This document shows, piece by piece, positions 37,784 to 47,971 of a DNA stretch of 64,000 bases (positions are counted from its first letter, which is position 1; every line of letters begins with the position of its first letter). Below the pieces are notes generated by a model, which did no database searches, had not been told where the DNA came from, and was given only the letters and a program-made list of their open reading frames with translations. The position numbers were made by a program, and so were the translations under genes. The DNA is from Candidatus Microgenomates bacterium (GTDB lineage: Bacteria; Patescibacteriota; Microgenomatia; UBA8517): the NCBI GenBank assembly GCA_049519355.1, contig JBEKQV010000002.1:131479-195478 (forward strand), written 5' to 3'.

Positions 37784-38434
37784 TTAGATAGCGCCGACAC
37801 CGCTAATCATCGCAAACGGGGTTTTGAGTATTATCCAAAGGTCCATTAATATTGACTTTTTGCGGGCGTAATTAGCATCCATCTCTATTCGTTTATCAAA
37901 ATTTATATTGCTTCTTCCTGTCACCTGCCAAAATCCGGTAATTCCGGGCTTAACCGTTTGCGTCATTTTTACAAATTTTTCCGTTCCGGGATATCTCTTT
38001 TGTTGTTCAATAATTTCATGAACGTGATACGGTCTTGGCCCGACTAAACTCATTTGGCCTTTTAAAACGTTAAAAAGCTGTGGCATTTCATCAATTGAAT
38101 ATTTCCTGATAAATTTACCGAATTTAGTAACTCTGGGGTCTTCATATAACTTAAAATTTGAGCGCCTCCACTCGTTATAAAGCTTTTTAAATCGCGGGTC
38201 CTGGGTTATAAGATAATCGGAGTTAACTGGCATTGAACGGAATTTATAAAGTCTGAAAATTTTTCCGTGTTTACCTATACGCATCATGTGAGAATTTGAT
38301 TTTTCAACCAAAGCAGGACCGGGGGAAGTAAGTTTAATAATAATTGCAGTTAGTAACATTATTGGGGAAAATAGAATAATTAAAACAATGGACAGAATAA
38401 TGTCCATTGTTCTTTTGATAAAATCGTAAAACAT
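37784..38434 (-). CDS. Priming polyprenyl-phosphate sugar-1-phosphate transferase (WbaP/CpsE catalytic domain)
   Basis: KRTMDI, KFRSM, DPRVT, SIDEMPQLFNVLKG, SLVGPRP, KPGITG. Confidence 0.93.
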   Translation of the reverse strand: MFYDFIKRTMDIILSIVLIILFSPIMLLTAIIIKLTSPGPALVEKSNSHMMRIGKHGKIFRLYKFRSMPVNSDYLITQDPRFKKLYNEWRRSNFKLYEDPRVTKFGKFIRKYSIDEMPQLFNVLKGQMSLVGPRPYHVHEIIEQQKRYPGTEKFVKMTQTVKPGITGFWQVTGRSNINFDKRIEMDANYARKKSILMDLWIILKTPFAMISGVGAI

Positions 38435-38441
38435 AAAAAGA

Positions 38442-39500
38442 CTAGGTTAGAGCCAATTTTCTCTTTATTACTTCTTTAAGTGCTTCTCCAACCTGACCCG
38501 ATTGGTCCTTTCGGCAAACGAGGAGAGCGTCGCCTGTATCAACCACAACCAGATTATCTACACCCACTAGAGCCACAACTTTATTCAGATCATCAAGTTT
38601 AACAAAATTATCTTTTCCGTTAAGATCAACGATGTTTTCAGAGGTTTTGTATAAACCCTTATCTCTTAGATATTTATCGAGTGATTCAAAAGTACCTATG
38701 TCAGTCCATTTAAACGGAAGCTCAACAACCAACGACTCGCCTGCAGCGTAAACCTGCTGAGTGACGTCCTCAATCGGCCCCGGTGGCATCTTTAGGTATT
38801 CTGTTTTCATATCCCCGCCGTTAACTATATTCATAAGAGGCCCATACCACTCTGGTTTATATTTCTGTAACATCGTCAACATGTTGCGTGGGGTCATGCA
38901 GGTGTGATTGGTGTGTATTAGGGCATTACCTTCTTTAATGAGTTCATCTGTCTGCTCCTTAGTGCTTCTCCAGACAAACTTATCCACTTCAAAGATGCCG
39001 ATCTCATTTTCGGGTGTAACCCTTTTCCCTTTAATCAGATAGTCGACTCCCATTACGGAACTGGCGGGTTTTAATCCCCCAGTAATATATTTTGTTTCGC
39101 GTCTTGCTAACGAATCGCAAACCATCATCATTTTTATTAAGCCGCCGGCCGGTTCGCGCAAGACATCCGCCTGAATAATCATGAATGGTTCATCCGCAAG
39201 CCCTTTTTTGTATAAAAAGGCTGCAATAAGACCAGTTGCCGGACCCTGATTGCGCATTTCCGGTTCGATAATGTAATTGGACTGTGGAATTTCTGGAGCT
39301 TGGGCTTGAGCCAAAACGGCTTGGTCTGCGTTGGTGGAAACATAGATCTCTTCGGGCTTAAATCCGGTCATTAAACTTTCGTAATTAGTTTGAAACAAAG
39401 ATTTTTCTCCAATGAGCGGAAGGAATGGCTTAGGTTTATACTGACGGCTGAGTGGCCAGAGTTTGGTTCCAAAGCCGCCGCAAATAATTACAGGAATCAT
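38442..39500 (-). CDS. Mannose-1-phosphate guanylyltransferase-like nucleotidyltransferase (divergent)
   Basis: GGFGTKLWPLSR, PKPF, EPEMRN, WTDIGTF, VVVDTGDALLV; the EKP motif is absent. Confidence 0.75.
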   Translation of the reverse strand: MIPVIICGGFGTKLWPLSRQYKPKPFLPLIGEKSLFQTNYESLMTGFKPEEIYVSTNADQAVLAQAQAPEIPQSNYIIEPEMRNQGPATGLIAAFLYKKGLADEPFMIIQADVLREPAGGLIKMMMVCDSLARRETKYITGGLKPASSVMGVDYLIKGKRVTPENEIGIFEVDKFVWRSTKEQTDELIKEGNALIHTNHTCMTPRNMLTMLQKYKPEWYGPLMNIVNGGDMKTEYLKMPPGPIEDVTQQVYAAGESLVVELPFKWTDIGTFESLDKYLRDKGLYKTSENIVDLNGKDNFVKLDDLNKVVALVGVDNLVVVDTGDALLVCRKDQSGQVGEALKEVIKRKLALT

Positions 39501-39501
39501 A

Positions 39502-40569
39502 TTATATTACGTCAAGAATTCTCCTTTTAAAGACCTCTTTTGAAAATCTTTGACTGTTTGTAAATAGATTATCAACCACAAACCGCATTTTTTCAAATTT
39601 AGCAATTGCGTTAATTAAACTTTCGGGCGTCTGGCGCTCAAAAAAAACTCCGGTTATTTCGGGAATTACTGTATCGATTGCCCCACCTTTGTTGTAAGCA
39701 ATAACGGGAACTCCAAAACTCTGTGCCTCCACAGAAACTATCCCAAAATCTTCTTCTTGGGGCATAATTAGCGCTCGCGCATTACTGTAATATCCAGCCA
39801 AGTCTTTTTCAGATATCTTGCCAACAAATTTTATATTTCTTTTTGCCATTTTCCTCAATTTTCTTTCTAATCTTCCGGTTCCAATAACAACCAATTGATA
39901 ACCAAGTTTATTAAAGGCTCTAATTGCCACATCTATTTTTTTGTACCCGTAATCCAATCTTGAAACGAGTAAGTAATACTTTTCTTTCCGTTTCCTTTGT
40001 GGGTTGTGTGGTAAAACTCCCGCGGGCGGAAAAATTATTTCGGTCTCCCGATCATAATAGTTTTTTATCCGATTCCTCACCTCAGTCGAAATTGCGACCA
40101 TAAGATCCGGTTTTTGCGCGGCGTCTTTGTCCCACCTTTTTAGATAATTAACTATCGGCCTTGAAACAAACTCCGCTATAGGATTCTGGAAATAAAGTTT
40201 TCTATGGCTCCAAAGGTACCTCGTTGGTGTTAAACAATAACAAATATGAAGAGTACCTGGTTTTGTTCGAATTCCTTTTGCCGCTTCGCTTGTTACAGAA
40301 ATTACCAAATCAAAACCAGAAAAGTCAAATGATTCAAAAGCCAAAGGCATAAGAGTCCCCAAAAATTCATGGTTTGAACGGGCAAATGGAAGCTTTTGCA
40401 AAAAGGAGGTCCTAATTTCCGGAAAAACCTTTGCCCACGAAGCATTTTTTGAATTGTAAACTGAAGTATAAAGAGGAGCATCAGGAAAAATTTCATGGAG
40501 AGCAAGAAGAACGCGCTCAGCGCCTCCCCATTTATTGACCCTGTCGTAAACTATCGCCACTTTCTTCAT
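39502..40569 (-). CDS. GT4 glycosyltransferase (WbaZ-like mannosyltransferase)
   Basis: GGAERVL, YCLTPTRYLW, EEDFGIVSVEAQ. Confidence 0.9.
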   Translation of the reverse strand: MKKVAIVYDRVNKWGGAERVLLALHEIFPDAPLYTSVYNSKNASWAKVFPEIRTSFLQKLPFARSNHEFLGTLMPLAFESFDFSGFDLVISVTSEAAKGIRTKPGTLHICYCLTPTRYLWSHRKLYFQNPIAEFVSRPIVNYLKRWDKDAAQKPDLMVAISTEVRNRIKNYYDRETEIIFPPAGVLPHNPQRKRKEKYYLLVSRLDYGYKKIDVAIRAFNKLGYQLVVIGTGRLERKLRKMAKRNIKFVGKISEKDLAGYYSNARALIMPQEEDFGIVSVEAQSFGVPVIAYNKGGAIDTVIPEITGVFFERQTPESLINAIAKFEKMRFVVDNLFTNSQRFSKEVFKRRILDVI

Positions 40570-41656
40570 ATATCTTCAACGTTTCTTTCGCCATTTTAGA
40601 CCATGAATATCTTTTTACAAACTCTTTTGCTGTTCTTATCTTTTCTTCACGCAAATCCGCCTTCATATTCATAATATTTCTTAAACACCTTTCAATAGAG
40701 TTTGCATCGTTGGGATCAAAATAGGCAGCGTTATTTTTATATATCTCTTTAAAAACTGGTATGTCGGAAGCTGCGACTAAAGTCTGTGCCGCCATTGCTT
40801 CCAATCCGGGCAACCCAAAACCCTCAGATAGAGAAGGAAAAACTAGGGCTATTGAATTCCTATAGAGCGAAAATAATTCTTCATCCGACACAAAGCCTGA
40901 AAGTTTTACAAAATCCCCTGCACCAAGGTCCCGGATAAGTTCCTCTAATCTCTGGGTAAAGATTCCCCTCGATGATGTGATAACCAAATGAACGGGATGA
41001 GTAGAATTGGTATTCAATAGTATAATCGCTTCGATTAATCTTCCAATATTTTTGTGTGGATATGCATTTCCTGCATATATAAAATACGGGGTTTTCTCAT
41101 TACTCGCTAGTTTCGAAAAGCTTTTTGGAACTACGCCTTCATAAGTAACAAAAACTTTATTTAAGGAAGTCTTATAAATTTTATGCAATTCCGTTTTTAC
41201 TGTTTCGGAAGGAACAAAAATAGCCCTGGATCTTTTGACCGCATTATCAAAAACCAGTCGATAACCCAATCTTTTAATCAAATATAATGGCACTGGTAGT
41301 GTAGTTGCCATAGGTCCAACACTATCGTGCATTAATGTGTCGTGAATAGTAACTACAAACTGACCGCGGTAAAAGATTGGAACGTTAAAGTGAGGAAAAT
41401 GTACCAGATCCGGACCTTGTTTTTTAATTATACCCGGAAGTTTGATTTGCTCAGCCAGGCTATAATGACGGAAGTCCGCAAGTATTTTTTTCCAGTTGGA
41501 CGGCAAGCTTAGGTTTTCAAAATATTTCTTTCGCAGGAGTAAAACATACTCATTTTTGGCATCAAGTCTCGACAATTCATCAACCAGATTAATTAAATAT
41601 CTGCCGAGCCCTGCATTCTCTAATCCATATAAACGACCGTCGATGAGAATTTTCAT
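40532..41656 (-). CDS. GT4 glycosyltransferase (family 1/MtfB-like)
   Basis: GLGRY, VTIHD, PHKN, PSLSEGFGLPGLEAM. Confidence 0.92.
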   Translation of the reverse strand: MKILIDGRLYGLENAGLGRYLINLVDELSRLDAKNEYVLLLRKKYFENLSLPSNWKKILADFRHYSLAEQIKLPGIIKKQGPDLVHFPHFNVPIFYRGQFVVTIHDTLMHDSVGPMATTLPVPLYLIKRLGYRLVFDNAVKRSRAIFVPSETVKTELHKIYKTSLNKVFVTYEGVVPKSFSKLASNEKTPYFIYAGNAYPHKNIGRLIEAIILLNTNSTHPVHLVITSSRGIFTQRLEELIRDLGAGDFVKLSGFVSDEELFSLYRNSIALVFPSLSEGFGLPGLEAMAAQTLVAASDIPVFKEIYKNNAAYFDPNDANSIERCLRNIMNMKADLREEKIRTAKEFVKRYSWSKMAKETLKIYEESGDSLRQGQ

Positions 41657-42855
41657 TTTAAAATCCGCGTTTTTTCATAAATTCTGTCCAAATAATCGCC
41701 CATTTGATACCAACTGAATTTTTCCTCAACAAGCTTCCTTGCGTTTTTTGCAATTTGCTCCGCCATTTTTTTGTTGCCTAACACATCCAAGACAGCCTCT
41801 GCCATTCCTTTAGGGTTATTCCTGATTATTACCTCTTTTCCGTCAACCGCCTCCAGGCCTTCAGCACCAACAGAAGTTGTTACGAGTGGTAGTCTTGCTG
41901 CCATGGCAGCCAAATGTTTCAAACGAGTTCCTCCAGGACCTTTCAAAGGAGAGGCAAAAACAGCGGATTCACGATAAGCCTTTCGTATTCCTTCCTGATC
42001 ATCCTCTTTTAAATCGTCTATTATTATGTCCGAAGATCTACGTTCCATTATTTCATAGGGAATATGTTGACCTACAATCCAAAGTTTTACATCAGATTTT
42101 TTTGCACGAATCAGCGGAAAGACTTCATCAAGAAGAAGTTCTGCCGCCTCAACATTCTGAAGCCACTTGAAATTAGCTATAAAAAGAACTCTTGGATTTT
42201 TTGATGACCAGGATTTTTTCTCGTCAAAAAAATCGAGATTAACTCCGTTCGGTACCAAATTCACCTCAAGCCCGGGTACAAGTTTTAGCATTTCCTTCTT
42301 GTCAGATTCCGAAACAGCAACAACCCTATCGGCCTTTTTCCAAAACCTAGTCTCCCAGTATTTTAGCTTGGCAACATCAATTGAAAGAAGCCATTTGATC
42401 AAAAAATTTCCGGATCCCTCAACGTAGTGTTTATAAACCAGATACTCTATTGTCTGTTCAACCAACAGAATGGGAATCTTAGTTTCTGGAATGTGGGGCA
42501 TTACATAAAAAGTCTCTGCGTGGATGAGATCGTAATGAACGTTTTTTATCTCTTCTTCAACAGCTTTGCTCTCCTGGGGTGAAAGATTGCGAATAACCAA
42601 AAAAGGGAAAGGGCCGAAACCTGTTAACAGTATGTTTCTCAGGGTCCAGGGGGATTTGGATCGCTTGAATACTTCAACCTTAGAACAATACCTGGTTAAC
42701 TCCGGAATAAATCTTCTTTCAGAGTCGTCCTTGATTAAAGAAAAAAGTATAATCTCATGTTTTTTGCTTAAATCCTTGATCAAATTGTATGAGCGTATTT
42801 GCCCTCCCGAGGAATCGGGAAAAGGTAAATACGGAGTGAGCATCAAAATTTTCAT
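41653..42855 (-). CDS. GT4 glycosyltransferase
   Basis: SGGQIR, VPNGV, GPGGTRLKHLAAM, TSVGAEG. Confidence 0.9.
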   Translation of the reverse strand: MKILMLTPYLPFPDSSGGQIRSYNLIKDLSKKHEIILFSLIKDDSERRFIPELTRYCSKVEVFKRSKSPWTLRNILLTGFGPFPFLVIRNLSPQESKAVEEEIKNVHYDLIHAETFYVMPHIPETKIPILLVEQTIEYLVYKHYVEGSGNFLIKWLLSIDVAKLKYWETRFWKKADRVVAVSESDKKEMLKLVPGLEVNLVPNGVNLDFFDEKKSWSSKNPRVLFIANFKWLQNVEAAELLLDEVFPLIRAKKSDVKLWIVGQHIPYEIMERRSSDIIIDDLKEDDQEGIRKAYRESAVFASPLKGPGGTRLKHLAAMAARLPLVTTSVGAEGLEAVDGKEVIIRNNPKGMAEAVLDVLGNKKMAEQIAKNARKLVEEKFSWYQMGDYLDRIYEKTRILK

Positions 42856-44333
42856 TTGGTTTTGGTAGGTTGCGGCTTAAGAAGGTCAATAATTATGTAT
42901 TTATCCGTTTTTTCAACTGTTTTGAAACGCGATTCGATCATCAAGGTATCTGAACTTGTTAAATCAACAGAAACATAATAGCTCGCACCTTCCTTAATAA
43001 TATTATCAATTGAATTGTCTAGAGCCGGCCATCCCCAACGGTCAGTCTGGTAAAGAAATGAAGTATCTCCGTCATAAGGAGCAAGTATCAACGCGTTTTT
43101 AGGAGTAATTTTATCTACTTCTTTTCCGGCTTCGATAATCTCGGGGTGATTAATTTGATAGTCGCCTGATATCTGATTCCAACCGGTTATTAGCATTACC
43201 CCAACCGAAATAACGAGAACAATTCTTGCCAAGAATTTATTAAAATTCGTTTGGGTCCAAAGAAAAACCGATCCGGCGGCAAGTGCCAAGGCGATCGCGG
43301 GAATAGTTAATATTTGATAGTAATCATGCATAACGTTAGCGTCTGCCACCACTATTACATAGATAAGATCTCCCAAAAGAAACCAATGTATAAATAAATT
43401 CTTTACTTTGGTATTAAAAATTCCAAAAATGAATGGGATTACTCCGAGTGAGCCTAATATTAGTTGCCCCAATCGTTCACCAAAAATCCAATACCACCAG
43501 GAAGGCTTAAAACGAATAAGATCTCCGTTAAAGGCCCACAAATAAAAAGGAATTCCGGCTGGAAACTTCGATTCCCACCAACGCCAGAGAAAAAAGGGAA
43601 CAAAAGCTAATACCGAAAACATCAAAGTTCCAAGAATAACCTTTTTGTCCTTTAAAAACTTTCTCAAACCATATTTCTTAAGTGCAAGGTAGGCAATCGG
43701 AAAAAGATAAAATCCAAGGTAGGGTTTAATAAGCATCGCGCATCCGAAGAAAATGCCGGAAATAATAAGTAATAATTTCTTTCCGTTTCCCGCAAATTCA
43801 AGAAATGCCCAAAGTGATATAACCCCGAACATTACACCCATGGGGTCGGGTAAAATAACCCTGGTGAAATAAATGTTATAAGGAATAAAAAGATAAAAGA
43901 ATGCGCTCAATATTCCGCCCCATTTATTAATTACTTTTTTACCGATCAAATAAAGGAAAAAGGAAGTGACGAGGGCTGTTGAAATAGTTATTAATCTGGC
44001 CCAAACTTCAAGTGAAATCGATTTAAAATTAACGGCAAGGATTGCATTTAGTGCATTGTAAAAAGGAAATTCAACCATTCTGTAACCTTTTAGATTTAAA
44101 ATTCCAGTTTGGATACTTGAAATATCATGAAACCTAGGAATAAGAAGATTTATTCCCTGCTGCACATAAACCCTACTTACCGAGGCGGTATCCGCTTGTC
44201 TCCAACTATGCCAATCTGCCACTGGGTTATTTATTTTATAAAGCCTCACAACAAAGCCCAAAACCAAAATTAAAGATAACAAAATATACTCAAACAATTT
44301 TGATTTCAGAAACTGAGTAATTTTACTTTGCAT
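42852..44333 (-). CDS. GT-C fold membrane glycosyltransferase (ArnT/PMT-like)
   Basis: DWHSWRQADT, EFPFY, TRVILPD, IKP, HDYYQ; many TM helices. Confidence 0.85.
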   Translation of the reverse strand: MQSKITQFLKSKLFEYILLSLILVLGFVVRLYKINNPVADWHSWRQADTASVSRVYVQQGINLLIPRFHDISSIQTGILNLKGYRMVEFPFYNALNAILAVNFKSISLEVWARLITISTALVTSFFLYLIGKKVINKWGGILSAFFYLFIPYNIYFTRVILPDPMGVMFGVISLWAFLEFAGNGKKLLLIISGIFFGCAMLIKPYLGFYLFPIAYLALKKYGLRKFLKDKKVILGTLMFSVLAFVPFFLWRWWESKFPAGIPFYLWAFNGDLIRFKPSWWYWIFGERLGQLILGSLGVIPFIFGIFNTKVKNLFIHWFLLGDLIYVIVVADANVMHDYYQILTIPAIALALAAGSVFLWTQTNFNKFLARIVLVISVGVMLITGWNQISGDYQINHPEIIEAGKEVDKITPKNALILAPYDGDTSFLYQTDRWGWPALDNSIDNIIKEGASYYVSVDLTSSDTLMIESRFKTVEKTDKYIIIDLLKPQPTKTK

Positions 44334-45699
44334 ATTCTTTACTTTTAATTAGATTCACGGAGAATCCCAAGAGAAGCCAGAATATTGTGGCAAATTTCGA
44401 AGCTTCAAAAAGGTCTATAAAGGTTGCAATAACAAAAGTCCCAATAACAGCTCCTACCATACCGGCAATAAAGGATAGTTCTAACCCAGTTAATTTTTCC
44501 CTCAGAGGAAATGCTTTAACAAAAATCTTTCCAATTCTAAAAAATATGAGTGCAAATGCCAGAAGGCCCAACAGTCCTGTCTCACCCAGCATTCTTAAGT
44601 AATCATTGTCTGTTGCCAACCCGATTGAAGAATAACCCGTCCCCAAAAGCGGGTTTGTTATGATAGCCCTGAAAGCCCTTGGCCATTCAACATTTAACCG
44701 AATGGCAATTGATACGTCGCTTAGAACAGGTATTGGAGTTGAAACAGGCACAGGGGTCAAACTCGGGGTTATACCTTGCGCTGAAGCGATGAACCGCCCT
44801 TCAATGTAGCTAACAGTTTTGGTTGCTGTAATGTGTTCATATATTACATGTACTGCACTTGCAAACCGCATATCAAGACCGGATGACCTCACCATAAAGA
44901 ACAAACTTATTATTAAAACGACTGCAAGACCCTTAAATTTCTTGAGGATAAGAAGTGGTACAGAAACGGCCAGCACGTAAGATACTTGAGAAATCCTTGA
45001 AAAGGAATTTATCAAAAGCCACAAACCCGTCCCCGAAACGACAAGTGTAATTAACCTGACTATTTTATCTTTTATTACAAAAAGGATGGATAAAAATATA
45101 GGAAGAGTCATTACCATAAAGGCCGCTAGATCATATTGCCCGGCAAAAGTGGAGTTTGTGTTGCTTCCCGGAGTCCAAAAAAGTGCCACGCCCTTGGAAG
45201 ATTCGTTATTTTGGGTAATTATTACGGGAAAATGCAAATAGTGTTCTCCAATTCCATATATAAAGGCGATAAAGACCACTATCAGCAAAATTTTGAGAAA
45301 GAACTCCAAGTTCTCTTGAAGATTTTCCTTAGGTATAAGGAGGTAAGCCACAAAAAACGGCGTCATATACTCAATGCGTCTTGCCCAATTGAGTATTGCC
45401 AGACTGAATGTGACAGTCTGGGTAATAAGAATGCCCGCAGTCAGGGAAAGAAGCCCTACCGCTAAAAATATTATCACCGCCATTACAATCGGATCGCGCA
45501 ATAAGCTTTTAAAGTCAGTTACTATTTTTGGTACTAAAGATATTGCGGCAATTAACAGAATTAAATCCTCAAATCTAATCGCCACATAAGTTCCGGGAAC
45601 GTTTATGAGCGGAAATTTCGGCAAAAGCGGTACTATGATGAGAATCGCTGCAATTAAGTATTTTGATATTTTCTCGGACAGTGACAATAGCTTTCTCAT
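44323..45699 (-). CDS. O-antigen ligase/polymerase (Wzy_C) family membrane protein
   Basis: STFAGQYDL, SFSR, IR...WP, NPLLGTG, DNDYLRMLGETGLLG. Confidence 0.8.
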   Translation of the reverse strand: MRKLLSLSEKISKYLIAAILIIVPLLPKFPLINVPGTYVAIRFEDLILLIAAISLVPKIVTDFKSLLRDPIVMAVIIFLAVGLLSLTAGILITQTVTFSLAILNWARRIEYMTPFFVAYLLIPKENLQENLEFFLKILLIVVFIAFIYGIGEHYLHFPVIITQNNESSKGVALFWTPGSNTNSTFAGQYDLAAFMVMTLPIFLSILFVIKDKIVRLITLVVSGTGLWLLINSFSRISQVSYVLAVSVPLLILKKFKGLAVVLIISLFFMVRSSGLDMRFASAVHVIYEHITATKTVSYIEGRFIASAQGITPSLTPVPVSTPIPVLSDVSIAIRLNVEWPRAFRAIITNPLLGTGYSSIGLATDNDYLRMLGETGLLGLLAFALIFFRIGKIFVKAFPLREKLTGLELSFIAGMVGAVIGTFVIATFIDLFEASKFATIFWLLLGFSVNLIKSKEYAK

Positions 45700-46241
45700 G
45701 ACTTTTTATTTCTTAACGATTTTGACCACTCAATATAAAGGATCACAATAAAAGTTGCGGTACCGGCAAATACCGCTAGCCTAGTCCAAATTGGAGTAGG
45801 TACAAAACGGATAATAATTTTCTGGGTCCAATGTTTTCCACCAACAAAAAAAATAGGTTCGTTATTGTAACTTGGAGGCTCAAAACCGTTAATGTACATA
45901 CTTTCTCTAAAAGGATGGACCAGTTGTTGCAAGAAGGTACTGCTCGTTTGGTCCCGAATTAGTGTCTGTGCATCCTCCGGTGGGTAGTTAAGAAGAAATG
46001 TAGACAATTTTAAACCCAAAAAACTTGAATGGTTAAACTGATTTTCATACCAGGAAATTACTTGTGCCCTCGTATAATTTGTGAAATAACCTTGTCTTAG
46101 GGGTGTTTCCAAATCTGCGGGTTCCTGAGATTTCAAAGAACCAGGTGGCGGAGTCGGAAAGGTAAAATTCGGAAGCGATAAATATACTAGAAAGACAATA
46201 CAAAAAAATACAAAAATTACTTTTAGGATCCTGTTTACCAT
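45696..46241 (-). CDS. Hypothetical protein with N- and C-terminal TM helices
   Basis: Coupled to both neighbours; two hydrophobic ends around a ~125-aa soluble domain. Confidence 0.75.
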   Translation of the reverse strand: MVNRILKVIFVFFCIVFLVYLSLPNFTFPTPPPGSLKSQEPADLETPLRQGYFTNYTRAQVISWYENQFNHSSFLGLKLSTFLLNYPPEDAQTLIRDQTSSTFLQQLVHPFRESMYINGFEPPSYNNEPIFFVGGKHWTQKIIIRFVPTPIWTRLAVFAGTATFIVILYIEWSKSLRNKKS

Positions 46242-46846
46242 TATTGGAAAAGCCTTGCCCTGCCCAACTTGTAGTGGAGATCCTTGTTTTTCCGTTCACC
46301 TATTACTTTTGCAGGAACTCCACCAACAATTGCAAAATCGGGGACATCTTTTGTGACTACTGCTCCTGCCCCAACTACCGAGCCTTTACCGATTGTAACG
46401 CCGGGGAGAATTATCGCCCTAGGGCCAACAAAAACATAGTCACCGATTTTAACTGGCTCAAGCCTTGCCGAAAAATCTTCTTTTTCCAAATCGTGTTCGG
46501 AGTTGTAAACCAAAACTTCTGAAGCTACATCAACATGGTTTCCAATTTTAAGTGCTGCGCGTCCGTCCAAAAAGACATGATCCCCAATAATTGTGTCCTC
46601 CCCAATTTCAATTCCTCCGGGATCAAAAAAATTAGCCCACATATGGACTACTGAACCCTTACCAATCTTCATTCCTGCCAATTGATAGAAAAATCGTCTG
46701 AACAAATGTGACGGAACATGACTAACCCAGCGTAGAACCATCAATTCAAAATCGAGGATATAATTGTAAAATCGACTTAAGATCTTTCCTCCCGCCTCGT
46801 TCCATTCGAGTGATTTCCCTGATTTATCTTTAAAAACAGATTTCAT
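46241..46846 (-). CDS. Hexapeptide-repeat O-acyltransferase
   Basis: GMKIGKGS, IGEDTIIG, VKIGDYVFVG, ILPGVTIG, VVTKDV, GVPAK. Confidence 0.9.
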   Translation of the reverse strand: MKSVFKDKSGKSLEWNEAGGKILSRFYNYILDFELMVLRWVSHVPSHLFRRFFYQLAGMKIGKGSVVHMWANFFDPGGIEIGEDTIIGDHVFLDGRAALKIGNHVDVASEVLVYNSEHDLEKEDFSARLEPVKIGDYVFVGPRAIILPGVTIGKGSVVGAGAVVTKDVPDFAIVGGVPAKVIGERKNKDLHYKLGRARLFQ

Positions 46847-47958
46847 TTTATTTGTTCTAAAACGCTGAGAGTTTCCCTGGCGGTTTTCTCCCAAGAAAAC
46901 TTCCTAGCCTGGGCCAAACCGTTCTTAACCATACTATTATACTTCTCCTTGGGAGCCGAAAGCACTTCTTCAATGCCTGAGGCTATACTGTCTACATCAT
47001 GAGGGTTAACAAATATTCCGGCTTTACCGAGCACTTCAGGAAGGCTGCCCACATTTGAGGCTACTACGGGTACACCGCAGGCCATAGCACTTAGAGCATC
47101 CAAACCAAAACCTTCCCAAAAAGAAGGAAGGACAAAAAGTTTTGCTCCTTTTATGAGAGCCGGTTTGTCGTCCTCAGGAATAAAATCAGTGAATATGATC
47201 CTCTTTTCCAGGCCCAACTTTTTTACCTTGTCGAAAATTGACTGGTAAAGCCAACCTTTCTTGCCAGCAATTACAAGTTTTACCCCGGAAATCTTTGAAA
47301 AAGCCTCAATAAGCCCTTCAATATTTTTACTCGGTTTGAGCGTACCCAAATATAATACATAGTCGCTAACTATGGAGTATCGACCCCTCACACGTCGCAC
47401 ATCTTCCTGCGGGATGTCTGTATTGAAACGCCCGACGTCGTACGCAAGTGATATAACGTAAATTTTATCCTTTACACTCGGGTAATGTCGTACAATATCC
47501 TGTTTTGTACTATTTGATATGGCAAAGATCGCTTTTGATACATAAATGCTTATAGCACTCCAGATTTTTAACTGCCAAAAGTCTTTTTTTCTAAATTGTC
47601 CCGTGTATTTGAGATATCCGACGTCCATAATCGAACATACCCGGGGCATTGGAGCAAGCGGGGGAACATAGTGGCTAGGAGAAAAGAAAATATCACATTT
47701 AGATTTAGAAAAAAATAAATCCGGCATAAGTCTTGTTAATATCCATAAAGAACCACCTTCAATTACTTTGTATCTGAAGAACTCTGTCTCTTTGGGCATG
47801 TCTATCTTTGGTTTCTCCTTAAGATAAACTACAAACTCGAGTGTTTTTTTCCACTCATCCTGTAGTTTCCGTATATTCTTCAACAATTCAAAGGCGTAGG
47901 TGTTCACCCCCACCCTCTCAACTACATTTGCCTCATTTCCGTCAATTCCTATAACCAT
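46843..47958 (-). CDS. GT4 glycosyltransferase
   Basis: IGIDG, GTLKPSKN, PSFWEGFGL, GSLPEV; start moved to ATG 47958. Confidence 0.92.
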   Translation of the reverse strand: MVIGIDGNEANVVERVGVNTYAFELLKNIRKLQDEWKKTLEFVVYLKEKPKIDMPKETEFFRYKVIEGGSLWILTRLMPDLFFSKSKCDIFFSPSHYVPPLAPMPRVCSIMDVGYLKYTGQFRKKDFWQLKIWSAISIYVSKAIFAISNSTKQDIVRHYPSVKDKIYVISLAYDVGRFNTDIPQEDVRRVRGRYSIVSDYVLYLGTLKPSKNIEGLIEAFSKISGVKLVIAGKKGWLYQSIFDKVKKLGLEKRIIFTDFIPEDDKPALIKGAKLFVLPSFWEGFGLDALSAMACGVPVVASNVGSLPEVLGKAGIFVNPHDVDSIASGIEEVLSAPKEKYNSMVKNGLAQARKFSWEKTARETLSVLEQIK

Positions 47959-47971
47959 ATTGATAGCATAA

